A stretch of 64,000 nucleotides of DNA. Origin: Spirochaetia bacterium. Its GTDB lineage: Bacteria; Spirochaetota; Spirochaetia; UBA9216. Under the pieces are notes generated by a model, which worked only from the letters and a program-made list of their open reading frames with translations, did no database searches and had not been told where the DNA came from. Made by a program: the position numbers and the translations under genes. The stretch is from assembly GCA_965140585.1 (NCBI GenBank), contig OZ223268.1:133221-197220 (forward strand), written 5' to 3'. Shown piece by piece: positions 10,563-21,255 of the stretch. Within the stretch, counting starts at the first letter, position 1; every line of letters starts with the position of its first letter.

Positions 10563-12200
10563 CTATCTCCTATTCAAATCAAGCGCATAATTTGCCGCAT
10601 GCTCAAATGTATCAATAAAATGTATTTTTTCTGTGGTTTCAGTTATACCGCTCCGGTTAAGTTCTCCAAGTACAGATTCATTAACGCCAGAAAAAATAAC
10701 TGTAACACCTGAGTGTCTAAGAACTCTTAAAACGCCCTTTATATTCATAAGTCCTGTCATATCAATAAATGGTACATGTCTCATCCTTATAATAAGTATA
10801 TGACAGTCACAGGCAATTGAACGGATATTCTCTGCATAATGCCTGGCCAGGCCGAAGAACATCGGTCCGCTAATCTCATAGACACAGATATCTTCAGGAA
10901 GGTCGGAATAGCTGTCTATTATATCTATGTCCACCTCCGAAGGAATCTTTCCGCTCATATCAGCCATTCTGCGCATAAACAGCATGGACGCAAGAACAAC
11001 TCCGACTTCGATTGCCATTGTCAAATCAACCAGTACAGTCAGAATAAATGTTACCAGAAGTATGAGGATATCCGAAGCGGCGCCTCTGAATACTGAGACA
11101 AAAGATCTCCATTCACTCATATTATATGCTACAACAATCAAAATACCGGCAAGCGTGGACATCGGAATTAATTTGGCAAATCGACCGAGAAAAAGCATAA
11201 TCATCAACAGAGTCAGAGAATGAATGATACCTGCAATCGGAGTTCGTCCCCCGTTTTTAACGTTGGTTGCTGTACGAGCAATTGCCCCGGTTGCCGGGAT
11301 GCCGCCGAAAAACGGTGCCACGATGTTGGCAATCCCCTGCGCTATCAGTTCAGTGTTGGAACGGTGATTACCGCTTATCATTCCGTCCGAAACAACAGCC
11401 GAAAGCAGCGACTCAATGCCTCCAAGCAGTGCGATTGTTATTGCGGGTTGAATATAACGGGTCAAATCTCCGGGACTGAAATGCGGCAGAATAAAGATCA
11501 TACCTGAGGGGATTTCGCCGAAAAACGATTCAATCGTGGTCACAGGAAGCCCGAACAGCTGTACAACCAGAGTTGTGACAACAAGAGCAAATATTGACCC
11601 CGGAACCTTTGAAGTCAGCTTCTTTGACAGCAGAACGATAAGTATGGTTACAGCCGTAATTATTAGCGCATAAGGATTTATTGTGTGAAGTTCTGAAATA
11701 TACAGCTTCCATTTTCCGATAAAATCAGCCGGAACAGATGCTATATCAAGGCCGAGTGCGTCCTTGATCTGTGTGGAGAATATCACAAGTGCTATTCCGC
11801 TTGTGAATCCGATTATCAGCGGCTGGGGTATGTATTTTAAAAGTGAACCGAATTTTATCAGTCCGAAAATTACCAGAAGGATCCCGGCCATTATAGTCGA
11901 AATCATAAGTCCTTCTATTCCGTATTCCATTGCAATTCCGTTCACAATTACAATGAAAGCACCGGTCGGACCGCCTATCTGGACCCGGCTGCCGCCGAGC
12001 AGTGATATTATAAATCCTGCAATAACAGCAGTAATAATTCCTTTTTCAGGAGAAACCCCGGAAGCAACGGCAAAGGCTATCGAAAGCGGCAGTGCAACTA
12101 TTCCGACAACTATGCCGGACATTATATCCGCACTAATCTGCTGTCTGCTTATTCCCGCTTTGAGAAGTGAAAACAATTTTGGTTTGAATATTTTTTCCAT
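10563..12200 (-). CDS. SulP family anion transporter with STAS domain
   Basis: VALPLSIAFA, GGPTGAF, ESLLSAVV, GAIARTATN, STAS (GPMFFG, FIDMTG). Confidence 0.92.
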   Translation of the reverse strand: MEKIFKPKLFSLLKAGISRQQISADIMSGIVVGIVALPLSIAFAVASGVSPEKGIITAVIAGFIISLLGGSRVQIGGPTGAFIVIVNGIAMEYGIEGLMISTIMAGILLVIFGLIKFGSLLKYIPQPLIIGFTSGIALVIFSTQIKDALGLDIASVPADFIGKWKLYISELHTINPYALIITAVTILIVLLSKKLTSKVPGSIFALVVTTLVVQLFGLPVTTIESFFGEIPSGMIFILPHFSPGDLTRYIQPAITIALLGGIESLLSAVVSDGMISGNHRSNTELIAQGIANIVAPFFGGIPATGAIARTATNVKNGGRTPIAGIIHSLTLLMIMLFLGRFAKLIPMSTLAGILIVVAYNMSEWRSFVSVFRGAASDILILLVTFILTVLVDLTMAIEVGVVLASMLFMRRMADMSGKIPSEVDIDIIDSYSDLPEDICVYEISGPMFFGLARHYAENIRSIACDCHILIIRMRHVPFIDMTGLMNIKGVLRVLRHSGVTVIFSGVNESVLGELNRSGITETTEKIHFIDTFEHAANYALDLNRR

Positions 12201-12267
12201 ATATCTCAGAGGATTACCCTATCTGAGAAACAAAATCAATCAGTTAGACTGATTTTTCGTCAGAATT

Positions 12268-13398
12268 TCAACTATCCTGCGAAACTACCATATTTCTGCC
12301 GTGAGTCTTAGCATAGTACAGCCTTACATCAGCAGATTTAAGAATTCCCTGAATTGTCCCGGCTTCCGAAAAAGCTGCAATACCGAAGCTAGCAGTCAGC
12401 TGATATTTACCGCAGAATCGGTGTTCTGCTATTATAGTCTTCAGTCTCTGGGCAAGCTGCTCAGTACTGTACAGCGGAGTTTCGGGACAGATAATGAGAA
12501 ACTCCTCACCGCCCCAGCGGCCGCAGACATCGACTTCCCTGATATGAGTACTAATTAATCCGGCAAATTCTACAAGAACCTTATCGCCCGTATCATGACC
12601 GTAGCTGTCATTAACATTCTTGAATAAGTCAATATCCATCAGTATTACACTGTATTCCTTGTTATACCGGATGGTCTTTCCAGTGACTTCTTTCAGCACA
12701 TCATCAAGTTTTCTTCTATTATACATTGCTGTAAGACTATCCCGGATTGACTGCTCAACAAGAACAGCATTGACAGCTTCTATCTCTTTTTTATGATGAA
12801 AGCCTCGCACAAAACTGCGGTAATTCAGACTGATAAGAATAAAAGCGATCATTCCGTTGGAGATAACATCTGCACTGTAGCTTGATAAAATGATCTCCGG
12901 ATGATAAACAGGAAGAAGGACCAGAGCCGCAACACTTACCGCTGCGTAGCAGACTAAACTCTGAATGTAATCGAGATAGAAAATTACCGCTATACCGTAG
13001 AGGGCAGCAATATATATTGTTGGAATCCGGCCAAGTTCCACTTCAATCAGAATAAACCGGTAAAGAGCTATACCCATACCGGATAGAATGAAAAGCTGAA
13101 CAAATATCTGTTTGGCAAAGATTTTATCTCTAAGCCCGGTTTTCATAAAAAGAATACTGAAAAGAACAAAAAGAGCCATCAAGAGTGCCGAATGTATATA
13201 GACGGTCTTCATCAAAGATGGAATATTGCTCACCCTGAATGCATAAAAAAACTGTTCTACTACCAGAAATATAGAAATTATAAGAATCCGGAACACATTA
13301 TTCTCAGACTGATACTTTCTGAATTCGTGCATTTCACTGGAACTTACAGGCTTCCCGAATATTCTGATTTTAAGTTTTACAAACGTTTCCATAAACAC
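12268..13398 (-). CDS. Membrane diguanylate cyclase
   Basis: About 6 TM segments; DSLTAMYNRR, DIDLFKNVNDSYGHDTGD, RWGGEEF with RxxD I-site. Confidence 0.9.
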   Translation of the reverse strand: MFMETFVKLKIRIFGKPVSSSEMHEFRKYQSENNVFRILIISIFLVVEQFFYAFRVSNIPSLMKTVYIHSALLMALFVLFSILFMKTGLRDKIFAKQIFVQLFILSGMGIALYRFILIEVELGRIPTIYIAALYGIAVIFYLDYIQSLVCYAAVSVAALVLLPVYHPEIILSSYSADVISNGMIAFILISLNYRSFVRGFHHKKEIEAVNAVLVEQSIRDSLTAMYNRRKLDDVLKEVTGKTIRYNKEYSVILMDIDLFKNVNDSYGHDTGDKVLVEFAGLISTHIREVDVCGRWGGEEFLIICPETPLYSTEQLAQRLKTIIAEHRFCGKYQLTASFGIAAFSEAGTIQGILKSADVRLYYAKTHGRNMVVSQDS

Positions 13399-13432
13399 TG
13401 CGGCACTATACTAAATCGATTAACCCAAAACT

Positions 13433-15004
13433 TCAATCGGTAAAATAGGCGATTGCATTTTTGCCCGATTTTTTTACCCTGTACATTGCAGTATCAGCTT
13501 CATGAAGAATCTGTTCGAGATTTTCATGATTGCCGCCTTCAACAATACTGATTCCGATGCTTGCTCCAATATTTATCTCATGCCCTTCGATTATCAGTTT
13601 CTCATCAATCGCATTAAGAATTTTTTTTGTTACAACATCGCATTCTTCTTCACTGGAGACACGAGGAAGAAGTACTATAAATTCGTCACCTCCGTATCTG
13701 CCTACAGTGTCTGAACTGCGCAGAACAGCCTTCATTTTAAGACCAACAGTCTGAAGTAGTGAATCTCCTACATCATGGCCGAACTGATCATTGACACTTT
13801 TAAATCCGTCAAGATCAATGAAGCAGACAGCCATTTTTAATTTATACCGGTCAGCAAGCTCCAGCTGCTTCGTAATTCTGTCGTATATAAGATTACGGTT
13901 CGGCAAATCCGTCAAATTATCATATAGGGCGGCATGCTCCATTGATTTACGGTATTTATTCCTCTGTATTATTATCCTGGATATAAGCAGAGCCCCGACA
14001 ATATCAAGAAATAAAATAATTATTGCAAGAATGGTATACCGGTATTGAAAATCTTTGAGTCCCAGTCCGAATTCCTTAGCTGTTATATAGTTAATAAGAA
14101 ACCAGGAATTTTCTGAGTTATAAATAAAATCAAGCTCCTCATACGGGTTTATCTTTAAAGCTGAAACCAGAACCCTATTTTTATAAACCTGATAAAAATC
14201 ATTATTCTGCATATACTCCCAGACTTGAGGACATTCAATGCTGAAAGAAACGGCCTCCCGATCGGGAAACATGAAACCCCATTCTTTATCAGGGTCATCA
14301 CGATAAAGCCAGTCACCGTTTTCATTAGCCAGAAAAAAACTGCCCGGATTATTCAGGGTCAGGTTTTCAAAAATATCAATTAAATTATGCCCCAGGAAAT
14401 TCAGTACAACAGCGCCCTTCACTTCACCCTCATTATAGACAGGACTTCCTATCCGAATCATAGGCTTTAAAGGTTTTTCAATCCTTTCGTTCTCTACATT
14501 CAAATCAAACAGTGAGATGTAAACCTGGCCTTCATGAAGTTTAACCGTCTCTGAAAAATAATACCTGTTAGATTTATCCTGCATCTGTTCTTCTGAAACA
14601 AGTACAGGCTTTCCATCAACCAGATTAACACGAACAATTTCCATTCCGGTTTGATCAATATATCGAACCTGATCAAAAACTCTCTTATTTTCGCTGAAAT
14701 TAAGCAGATCCTGCTGCAGATCATTTTTGCCAAGACCTGTTTCAATCATGTTGTGCAGTGACGATAAACCTGCCAGGAATTTCACATCGTATACAAGTTC
14801 CCTATAATAATTTGAAACAATTTCAGATTGGGCCTGAAGCAATCGTTCAGAATCAAGACTTTGTGTGTTTATATGCTCTGATCTATGCGAAATGATGAAG
14901 ATCGTATACAGGCCGAAACTTAATATTATCACTGCTGAAAGTGTTTTGACTGCTATACTTCCTGACGCTAAAGCTTCTTTAAAAATCATTTTATATTTGT
15001 GCAT
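13433..15004 (-). CDS. Cache-domain sensor diguanylate cyclase
   Basis: TM-Cache (QVRYID.GMEIVRVN, QDKSNRYYF, KPMIRIG)-TM-GGDEF (RYGGDEF). Confidence 0.9.
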   Translation of the reverse strand: MHKYKMIFKEALASGSIAVKTLSAVIILSFGLYTIFIISHRSEHINTQSLDSERLLQAQSEIVSNYYRELVYDVKFLAGLSSLHNMIETGLGKNDLQQDLLNFSENKRVFDQVRYIDQTGMEIVRVNLVDGKPVLVSEEQMQDKSNRYYFSETVKLHEGQVYISLFDLNVENERIEKPLKPMIRIGSPVYNEGEVKGAVVLNFLGHNLIDIFENLTLNNPGSFFLANENGDWLYRDDPDKEWGFMFPDREAVSFSIECPQVWEYMQNNDFYQVYKNRVLVSALKINPYEELDFIYNSENSWFLINYITAKEFGLGLKDFQYRYTILAIIILFLDIVGALLISRIIIQRNKYRKSMEHAALYDNLTDLPNRNLIYDRITKQLELADRYKLKMAVCFIDLDGFKSVNDQFGHDVGDSLLQTVGLKMKAVLRSSDTVGRYGGDEFIVLLPRVSSEEECDVVTKKILNAIDEKLIIEGHEINIGASIGISIVEGGNHENLEQILHEADTAMYRVKKSGKNAIAYFTD

Positions 15005-15059
15005 TTCTTTTTAATGATATAGATTTATCCTATTATATGCAAATTTCAGTCTTATGAAT

Positions 15060-15096
15060 AAAAAAAGGCTGTCCGGATATTACTCACGGACAGCCT
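15060..15096 (-). terminator. Intrinsic terminator of the malonate/decarboxylase operon
   Basis: AGGCTGTCCG/CGGACAGCCT stem followed by a U-run on the minus strand, 20 nt after the beta-subunit stop. Confidence 0.85.
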
Positions 15097-15116
15097 GAAT
15101 TGAAATCAGTTTAAAA

Positions 15117-16286
15117 CTAATTAAGCGACAACAGAACACCCGCAGCAATTGCAGAGCCTATAACTCCGGCTACGTTTGGTCCCATTGCGTTCATCAGCAG
15201 AAAGTTGCCCGGGTCTTCTTTCTGACCGACCTTCTGTACTACTCGTGCAGCCATAGGTACGGCAGATACTCCTGCAGCTCCAATCATCGGATTGATCTTT
15301 CCGCCGCTTATCTTGCTCATCAGCTTTCCAAGCATTACTCCGCCGCCGGTTCCTACTCCGAATGCTATACATCCAAGCACAATAATGAAGATTGTCTCAA
15401 ATGTAAGGAAGTGGTCGGCTGACATCTTCGAACCTACTGATATTCCAAGGAATATGGTAACTATGTTTATAAGCTCGTTCTGGGCTGTCTTTGAAAGCCT
15501 GTCTACAACTCCGCACTCCTTGAACAGGTTTCCAAGCATTAGCATTCCGATTAGAGGTGCTGATGCCGGAATAAGCAGGGCTGTAACTATTGTTGTGATT
15601 ATCGGGAAAAGAATCTTTGTCCGCTTTGATACGGGTTTCGGATCTTCCATCCTGATAAGTCTTTCCTTCTTGGTTGTGAGAGCCTTGATAATAGGCGGCT
15701 GTATAATCGGTACAAGCGCCATATACGTATAGGCTGCTACTGCAATAGGTCCAAGCAGATGCGGTGCAAGCTTCGATGTAAGATATATCGCTGTAGGACC
15801 GTCAGCTCCTCCGATTATTGCGATGGAAGAGGCCTCTGCGAAGTTGAAGCCCAGATCATGCGCCGCAAGAAAGGGTATTGCTCCAAGCGCCTTTGCTCCA
15901 AGCAGGGTTATAAATATACCAAGCTGTGCAGCGGCTCCAAGAAGAAAGGTCTGCGGCTTGCCCAGTAGCGGTCCAAAGTCCGTCATCGCACCAATTCCCA
16001 TGAAGATAATCGGCGGAAACAGTCCAAGCTGAACACCCTGGTAAAAATAGTATATAAGTCCGCCGGCCTGGTCTCCGATTGGGCCTTCCAGAAGCCCTGT
16101 AAGCGGAAGGTTTACCAGTATTGCTCCAAACCCTATCGGGATAAGCAGCAGCGGCTCATAACCCTTTGCTATTGCAAGGTAAACAAGCAGACAGCCGATT
16201 GCAATCATCACAATGTTCTGCCAGGTGATTGCTGTGAAGGCGGTGCTGCTTAGAAATCTCAATATTAGATCTACGAAATTCACCAA
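15117..16286 (-). CDS. mmdB: Na+-translocating decarboxylase beta subunit (OadB/MmdB family)
   Basis: [63 protein letters not shown]. Confidence 0.93.
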   Translation of the reverse strand: MVNFVDLILRFLSSTAFTAITWQNIVMIAIGCLLVYLAIAKGYEPLLLIPIGFGAILVNLPLTGLLEGPIGDQAGGLIYYFYQGVQLGLFPPIIFMGIGAMTDFGPLLGKPQTFLLGAAAQLGIFITLLGAKALGAIPFLAAHDLGFNFAEASSIAIIGGADGPTAIYLTSKLAPHLLGPIAVAAYTYMALVPIIQPPIIKALTTKKERLIRMEDPKPVSKRTKILFPIITTIVTALLIPASAPLIGMLMLGNLFKECGVVDRLSKTAQNELINIVTIFLGISVGSKMSADHFLTFETIFIIVLGCIAFGVGTGGGVMLGKLMSKISGGKINPMIGAAGVSAVPMAARVVQKVGQKEDPGNFLLMNAMGPNVAGVIGSAIAAGVLLSLN

Positions 16287-16295
16287 ATCCCTCCG

Positions 16296-16781
16296 TTAGC
16301 CGATGTCTACAAGCGGCTGTCCTTCGGTTACGTTTGTACCCGGAGTTACATGGATGGCTGCTACTGTACCGGCATTGCTTGCAAATACTTCAATGTCCAT
16401 CTTCATTGCTTCCATTATCAGTAGAAGATCTCCCTTGGCTACACTTGCACCCTGGGCTACCTTGATTTCCTTGATTGTTCCTGTGATTGCAGCCTTCTCA
16501 GTTCCGGCTCCGGCTGCTACAGGGGCGGCGGCTGGTGCAGGCGCGGCAGCTGCGGGAGCGGGGGCGGCAGCTGCCGGTGCTGGTGCGGCCGGTGCAGCAG
16601 CTGCAGCAGGGGCTGCAGGCGCAGCGGCCGGTGCAGCAGGAGCTGCTGTTGCTCCTGCAGGGGTTGCAAGGCTTACAAGGTAACTATCGCCTTCATGCTC
16701 AATTGTAAGGACATTTCCGTTTCTTGTTACGTTTATGTCGTAAAGTGTTCCTTCATATTCAAACTTAATATTCTTGCTCAT
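16296..16781 (-). CDS. mmdC: Biotin carboxyl carrier subunit of Na+-pumping decarboxylase
   Basis: Ala/Pro linker and EAMKM biotinylation motif. Confidence 0.9.
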   Translation of the reverse strand: MSKNIKFEYEGTLYDINVTRNGNVLTIEHEGDSYLVSLATPAGATAAPAAPAAAPAAPAAAAAPAAPAPAAAAPAPAAAAPAPAAAPVAAGAGTEKAAITGTIKEIKVAQGASVAKGDLLLIMEAMKMDIEVFASNAGTVAAIHVTPGTNVTEGQPLVDIG

Positions 16782-16786
16782 AACTC

Positions 16787-17173
16787 TTATACTCCTGGTG
16801 CTTTTCTTGTAATTTTATTGCTAGCGACCCACGGGTCATACTTTGCTGCTCCCGCTGAGCTCCATCCTGAAGCCTTCGGGGCATTCTGCTCATCTTCCTC
16901 TGCTGCCAGAAACGCTGATACCGCAGCCGAAAGCCATTTGGCGTTGTCGGCCATTGTTGCTGTAGCTGCTGCAACTATTACAGGCAGGGGCAGACCGCCG
17001 CTCTTCTTTGCTGAAGAAGCCCTGGCAGATTTCGGCGCTGTGCTTTTGGCTGTATCACCGTCTGCGAATTTCCTTATCAGAACCATCAGCAGACTCAGAA
17101 GGACTAACAGCGTAAATACTATCAGTATTCCAAGTATGGATGTCATAACACTGTAAATAAATTCTTCCTGCAT
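16787..17173 (-). CDS. mmdD: OadG/MmdD-family anchoring subunit
   Basis: Single N-terminal TM (GILIVFTLLVLL), AAVSA and C-terminal W..AG motifs, position in operon. Confidence 0.75.
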   Translation of the reverse strand: MQEEFIYSVMTSILGILIVFTLLVLLSLLMVLIRKFADGDTAKSTAPKSARASSAKKSGGLPLPVIVAAATATMADNAKWLSAAVSAFLAAEEDEQNAPKASGWSSAGAAKYDPWVASNKITRKAPGV

Positions 17174-17188
17174 AAAACTCTCCGCCTC

Positions 17189-18739
17189 CTACAGTGGTAT
17201 ATTGCCGTGTTTCTTGGCAGGTCTGTCTTCACGCTTTTTGATGTTGATCTCAAGCGCTCTGATGAGTTCTGCACGGGTGTATTCGGGATCGATTATATCG
17301 TCTACAAGACCAAGTCCTGCGGCTACGTAGGGGTTCATGAACTCTGTCTGGAACTCTGCTATCTTTTCCTGTCTCTTTGCTTCAGGATCCGATGCTGAAC
17401 TGATGTCCTTTCGAAAGATGATGTTTGCTGCACCCTCTGCTCCCATTACTGCTATTTCTGCTGTCGGGTAGGCAAGGACTCTGTCGTATCCAAGTGACTT
17501 GGAGGACATTGCTATCATTGAACCGCCGTAGGATTTTCTCATAATCAGCGAAATCTTGGGCACTGTTGCCTCTGCTATTGCGTAGAGGATCTTTGCTCCG
17601 TGCCTGATGATTCCACCGTGCTCCTGGGCAACGCCTGGAAGGTAGCCGGGAACGTCAACGAGTGTGATTACCGGAATATTGAAAGCATCGCAGAAGCGAA
17701 TGAATCTTGCTCCCTTGTCTGATGAGTTGATATCAAGTGATGCAGCCATGAACTTCGGCTGGTTGGCAAAGATTCCTACAGTGCGTCCGTTTAGCTTTGC
17801 GAAACCTACTACTACGCTTTTGGCGAAGTCTTCCTGTACTTCAAGAAATGAACCTGCGTCGAAGGCGCTTCCGATTATATCGCGTACATCGTAGGGCTTT
17901 CTGGGCTCTTCGGGGATGATCGACATTATTTCGGGGGTGGTTCTCTCAAGTGAATCTGTACATGCGCTTACTGGCGGCTGCTCTGTGTTATTTGACGGCA
18001 GGTAGTCCATAAGCCTTCTGATGAAATCAAAACATTCCTGCTCGGATGAAAAACGGAAGTGGGCGACTCCGCTTTTTGCACAGTGAGCTGATGCTCCACC
18101 GAGGTCTTCGTGGCTGATAACCTCACCGGTTACTGTCTTGATTACATCCGGACCGGTGATGTACATGTGACTTGAACCGTCTACCATGAATATGAAGTCG
18201 GTTATGGCCGGTGAGTAAACTGCACCTCCGGCACAGGGACCGAGTATTACTGAAAACTGAGGAATTACACCTGATGAGAGTGTGTTGTTCCGAAAGATTT
18301 TGGCGTATCCGTTTAGTGAGAGTATTCCCTCCTGGATTCTTGCTCCGCCTGAATCGTTGACCTGGATAAACGGTGAGCCGTTTTTGAGTGCAAGACTTTG
18401 GGCCTCTGCAATCTTTTCGGCATGCATTTCTCCAAGTGAACCGCCGAGAACTGTAAAATCCTGAGCTGACAGGAATACCTGCTTGCCGTTCATCTTGCCT
18501 GTTCCGGTTACTACTCCGTCGCCGGCAAACTTGTTTTTATCCATTCCGAACTGGCTTGTTCTTGTCTGGATGTATGCCTGGCTTTCAACGAAACTTCCCT
18601 CATCCAGAAGTCCGGTGATCCTTTCTCTGGCGGTAAATTTCCCTTTATCATGCTGGGCTTTGATTCTGGCGTCGCCGCCGCCCTTCTGCATTTTTGCTCT
18701 GAAGTCTTTAAACTCCTGAAGCCGCTCGTTGTTATTCAT
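17189..18739 (-). CDS. mmdA: Acyl-CoA carboxyltransferase, (methyl)malonyl-CoA decarboxylase alpha subunit
   Basis: GDGVVTG, QDFTVLGGSLG, DSGGARIQEG, GPCAGGAVYSPA, DVPGYLPG, KKHGNIPL. Confidence 0.88.
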   Translation of the reverse strand: MNNNERLQEFKDFRAKMQKGGGDARIKAQHDKGKFTARERITGLLDEGSFVESQAYIQTRTSQFGMDKNKFAGDGVVTGTGKMNGKQVFLSAQDFTVLGGSLGEMHAEKIAEAQSLALKNGSPFIQVNDSGGARIQEGILSLNGYAKIFRNNTLSSGVIPQFSVILGPCAGGAVYSPAITDFIFMVDGSSHMYITGPDVIKTVTGEVISHEDLGGASAHCAKSGVAHFRFSSEQECFDFIRRLMDYLPSNNTEQPPVSACTDSLERTTPEIMSIIPEEPRKPYDVRDIIGSAFDAGSFLEVQEDFAKSVVVGFAKLNGRTVGIFANQPKFMAASLDINSSDKGARFIRFCDAFNIPVITLVDVPGYLPGVAQEHGGIIRHGAKILYAIAEATVPKISLIMRKSYGGSMIAMSSKSLGYDRVLAYPTAEIAVMGAEGAANIIFRKDISSASDPEAKRQEKIAEFQTEFMNPYVAAGLGLVDDIIDPEYTRAELIRALEINIKKREDRPAKKHGNIPL

Positions 18740-18856
18740 TCTAAGCTCCTGAATTTCTCAAAAAAATTGTGAAAGAATGTAATTTAATTCTTAATACTCA
18801 CATTATCCGTAATATAGATTCCGGATAATCAGATTTCCATTTATATACTAAACTTA

Positions 18857-19618
18857 CTAGAAAATGGCGTTAACTATCAGATATCCTACTGAAGGACAAA
18901 GAAGTGTTCCAAGTCCTGTATAGAAAGTTGCAGTCATTGCACCGTAGGGAACAAGCTTGATATCAGTAGCCGCAAGTCCGCCTGCAACACCACTGGTTGT
19001 TCCGATAATTCCGCCGTATACCATTGCTGTAGTCGGGTTATCAAGACCGATCTTCTTGGCAATAAGCGGGGTCATGATCATCGTCAGTACAGACTTAACA
19101 ACACCTGCCGCAACAGACAGGGCTACAACCGACGAGCTTACGCCTAGGGCATCACCTGTTACCGGTCCTACAATAAAAGTAACTGTACCTGCACCGATTG
19201 TTGTTAGTTCTTTGGGGTCAACAAAACCCAGTATACGGGCAATTATAACTCCGACAACGAATGAAAAAATAACACCGATGAAAAGAGCTACAACACCTGC
19301 AAGCCCTGCTTTCTTGAGATTCTCCATCTTAACACCATATGCTGTTGATACAATGGTGTAGTCTCTGAGGGCACTTCCTCCAAGTATGAGAAAACCTGCA
19401 AAAAGAGGCAGATCAGCAAGACCTTTTTTTCCGCCGGTGAATTTACCAGCAACATATGCAAGAATAAGGGCAAGTATGATTGCAAAAGCAGATCCCATCT
19501 TTCCCTGTTTGATCATTTTTGCTACATAGTAAGCAAGAAGCATCGCAAGAGCGACAAAACCGAAAGCGAGGACAAGGTGATCACGTCCCATGATACTGTT
19601 CATTATTTTTGCAATCAT
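18857..19618 (-). CDS. madM: Malonate transporter subunit MadM
   Basis: GSAFAI, TGGKKGLAD, GGSALRDYTIVST, GAGTVTFIVGPVTG, GTTSGVAGGLAATD.KLVPYGAMTATFYTGLG. Confidence 0.92.
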   Translation of the reverse strand: MIAKIMNSIMGRDHLVLAFGFVALAMLLAYYVAKMIKQGKMGSAFAIILALILAYVAGKFTGGKKGLADLPLFAGFLILGGSALRDYTIVSTAYGVKMENLKKAGLAGVVALFIGVIFSFVVGVIIARILGFVDPKELTTIGAGTVTFIVGPVTGDALGVSSSVVALSVAAGVVKSVLTMIMTPLIAKKIGLDNPTTAMVYGGIIGTTSGVAGGLAATDIKLVPYGAMTATFYTGLGTLLCPSVGYLIVNAIF

Positions 19619-19992
19619 ACTTCTTCTCCTTTATCTTTACCAAGCTTGGCTACTAATGGTACAAGAAACAGTGAAGCTATAGTTGCAATGCCTCCGGCCA
19701 GAAATGCAACCGCACCGCCGTCAACTGCAGCTACAACATTCTGGGATGCTGCCATAGCAACAACAACCGGAATGTAGATAGAACTCAGAAAAAGTATTCC
19801 GTTTTCAGTTTTTGCACTGAAACCGCCCTTTTTTGATTTTTGAACTCTTGCAGTAACAATAACCAGAAGAAGCATTGCTATACCTACACCGCCGACATTA
19901 CCCCCGATGCCGATTACCGCACCAAGAATTCTGCCGATGAAATTTCCGACAAAGTAACAGGCTGCTACTATTCCAAGGCCGTATATTTCCAT
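19615..19992 (-). CDS. madL: Malonate transporter subunit MadL
   Basis: MEIYG, NVGGVGIAMLLL, YIPVVVAMAASQNVVAA; overlaps madM start. Confidence 0.92.
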   Translation of the reverse strand: MEIYGLGIVAACYFVGNFIGRILGAVIGIGGNVGGVGIAMLLLVIVTARVQKSKKGGFSAKTENGILFLSSIYIPVVVAMAASQNVVAAVDGGAVAFLAGGIATIASLFLVPLVAKLGKDKGEEV

Positions 19993-20031
19993 ATCCTTTT
20001 CTCCTTAAACTTAAATTTGGTTTTAATAGTT

Positions 20032-21255
20032 TTATTTTTTGTCGAAGACAACTCCGCTGTTCAGCAGTTCTTCAACTTTTTCTTTTGAATATCCGAGTTC
20101 ATTCTGCAGATATTCAATTGTGTGCTCCCCAAGTCCGGGAGCCGGTGTTCTGACTGTACCGGGAGTTTCCGTCATTTTAAACGGAGATCCGGCCATAGTT
20201 ACTTTACCAACTCCGGGCTGTTCAACATCAACTATCATTTCGCGGTAAAGCAGGTTCGGGTCTTTTACAACCTTATCAATTGTGTTCAATGGTGAATACG
20301 GCAGGCCGTTTTCATCAAGAAGCTTGATCCATTCTTCGGATGTCTTCTTTTTCATTTCAACATCCAGAATTCTGACCAGTTCATCTCGGTTCTGTGTTCT
20401 GAGAGGATTAGTTTTGAAAAGTTCATGATCAGTCAGATCTTCTCTTTCAATAAGTGTACAGAATTTCTTCCAGAGAGAATCATTACCGATAGGTGTTATA
20501 ACCCAGCTGCCGTCACTTGTTTCAAATGCCTGAAACGGAGTTATGGTCGGGTGAGCACTTCCGAGAGGTACGGGAATTTCACCTTTGGCAGTGTATCTGA
20601 CAATTGCATTCTCAAGAATGTACACGAGACCATCTACCATAGAAATATCTATATGCTGTCCTTCGCCGGTTCGGTTTTTATGCTGCAGAGCTGCAAGAAT
20701 GCCGATCGCACCCTGATGTCCTGCAACTACATCACCTACAGACGAGCCTACGCGTACCGGAGCTCCGCCGAGGGGGCCTGTGATACTCATCAAACCGCTG
20801 AATCCCTGTGCAACCATGTCGTATGCCGGACGGGTTGCATACTCGGGAAGAGCATCATGTCCGAATCCGCAGATTGAGCAATAAATAATTCCGGGATTTA
20901 TTTTTTTTAATTCTTCATATGAGAAACCAAGTTTTCTCATGGTTGTCGGACGGTAGTTTTCAACTACGATATCCGCATCCTTAATCATGTCTGTCAGTAG
21001 AGCCTTACCTTCATCTTTTTTAAGGTCAACACAAATACTCTTTTTATTTCTGTTGATACTGATGAAATATCCGCTCTGCTTTCCGTTGCCGTCCTGTTCA
21101 TCAAGGAAGGGTCCGAATGCCCTTGAATCATCACCAATAGGGGGTTCAACTTTTACAACTTCAGCCCCCATATCTGCCAGAATCATCGTGCAGAACGGTG
21201 CAGCAAGTACATGACTAAGATCGACTATTTTAATTCCTTCCAATGCCTTTTTCAT
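20032..21255 (-). CDS. Family III (CaiB/BaiF) CoA-transferase, candidate malonate CoA-transferase
   Basis: DLSHVLAAPFC, NRNKKS, VENYRP, SVGD catalytic Asp, APGLGEHT; first gene upstream of madLM. Confidence 0.9.
   Translation of the reverse strand: MKKALEGIKIVDLSHVLAAPFCTMILADMGAEVVKVEPPIGDDSRAFGPFLDEQDGNGKQSGYFISINRNKKSICVDLKKDEGKALLTDMIKDADIVVENYRPTTMRKLGFSYEELKKINPGIIYCSICGFGHDALPEYATRPAYDMVAQGFSGLMSITGPLGGAPVRVGSSVGDVVAGHQGAIGILAALQHKNRTGEGQHIDISMVDGLVYILENAIVRYTAKGEIPVPLGSAHPTITPFQAFETSDGSWVITPIGNDSLWKKFCTLIEREDLTDHELFKTNPLRTQNRDELVRILDVEMKKKTSEEWIKLLDENGLPYSPLNTIDKVVKDPNLLYREMIVDVEQPGVGKVTMAGSPFKMTETPGTVRTPAPGLGEHTIEYLQNELGYSKEKVEELLNSGVVFDKK

Noticed and set aside
16487-16683. GC-rich GCAGC/GCCGGT repetitive tract with overlapping antisense ORFs
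   Set aside because: It encodes the ordinary Ala/Pro linker of the biotin carrier; not a DNA repeat element, and the + strand ORFs are shadows.
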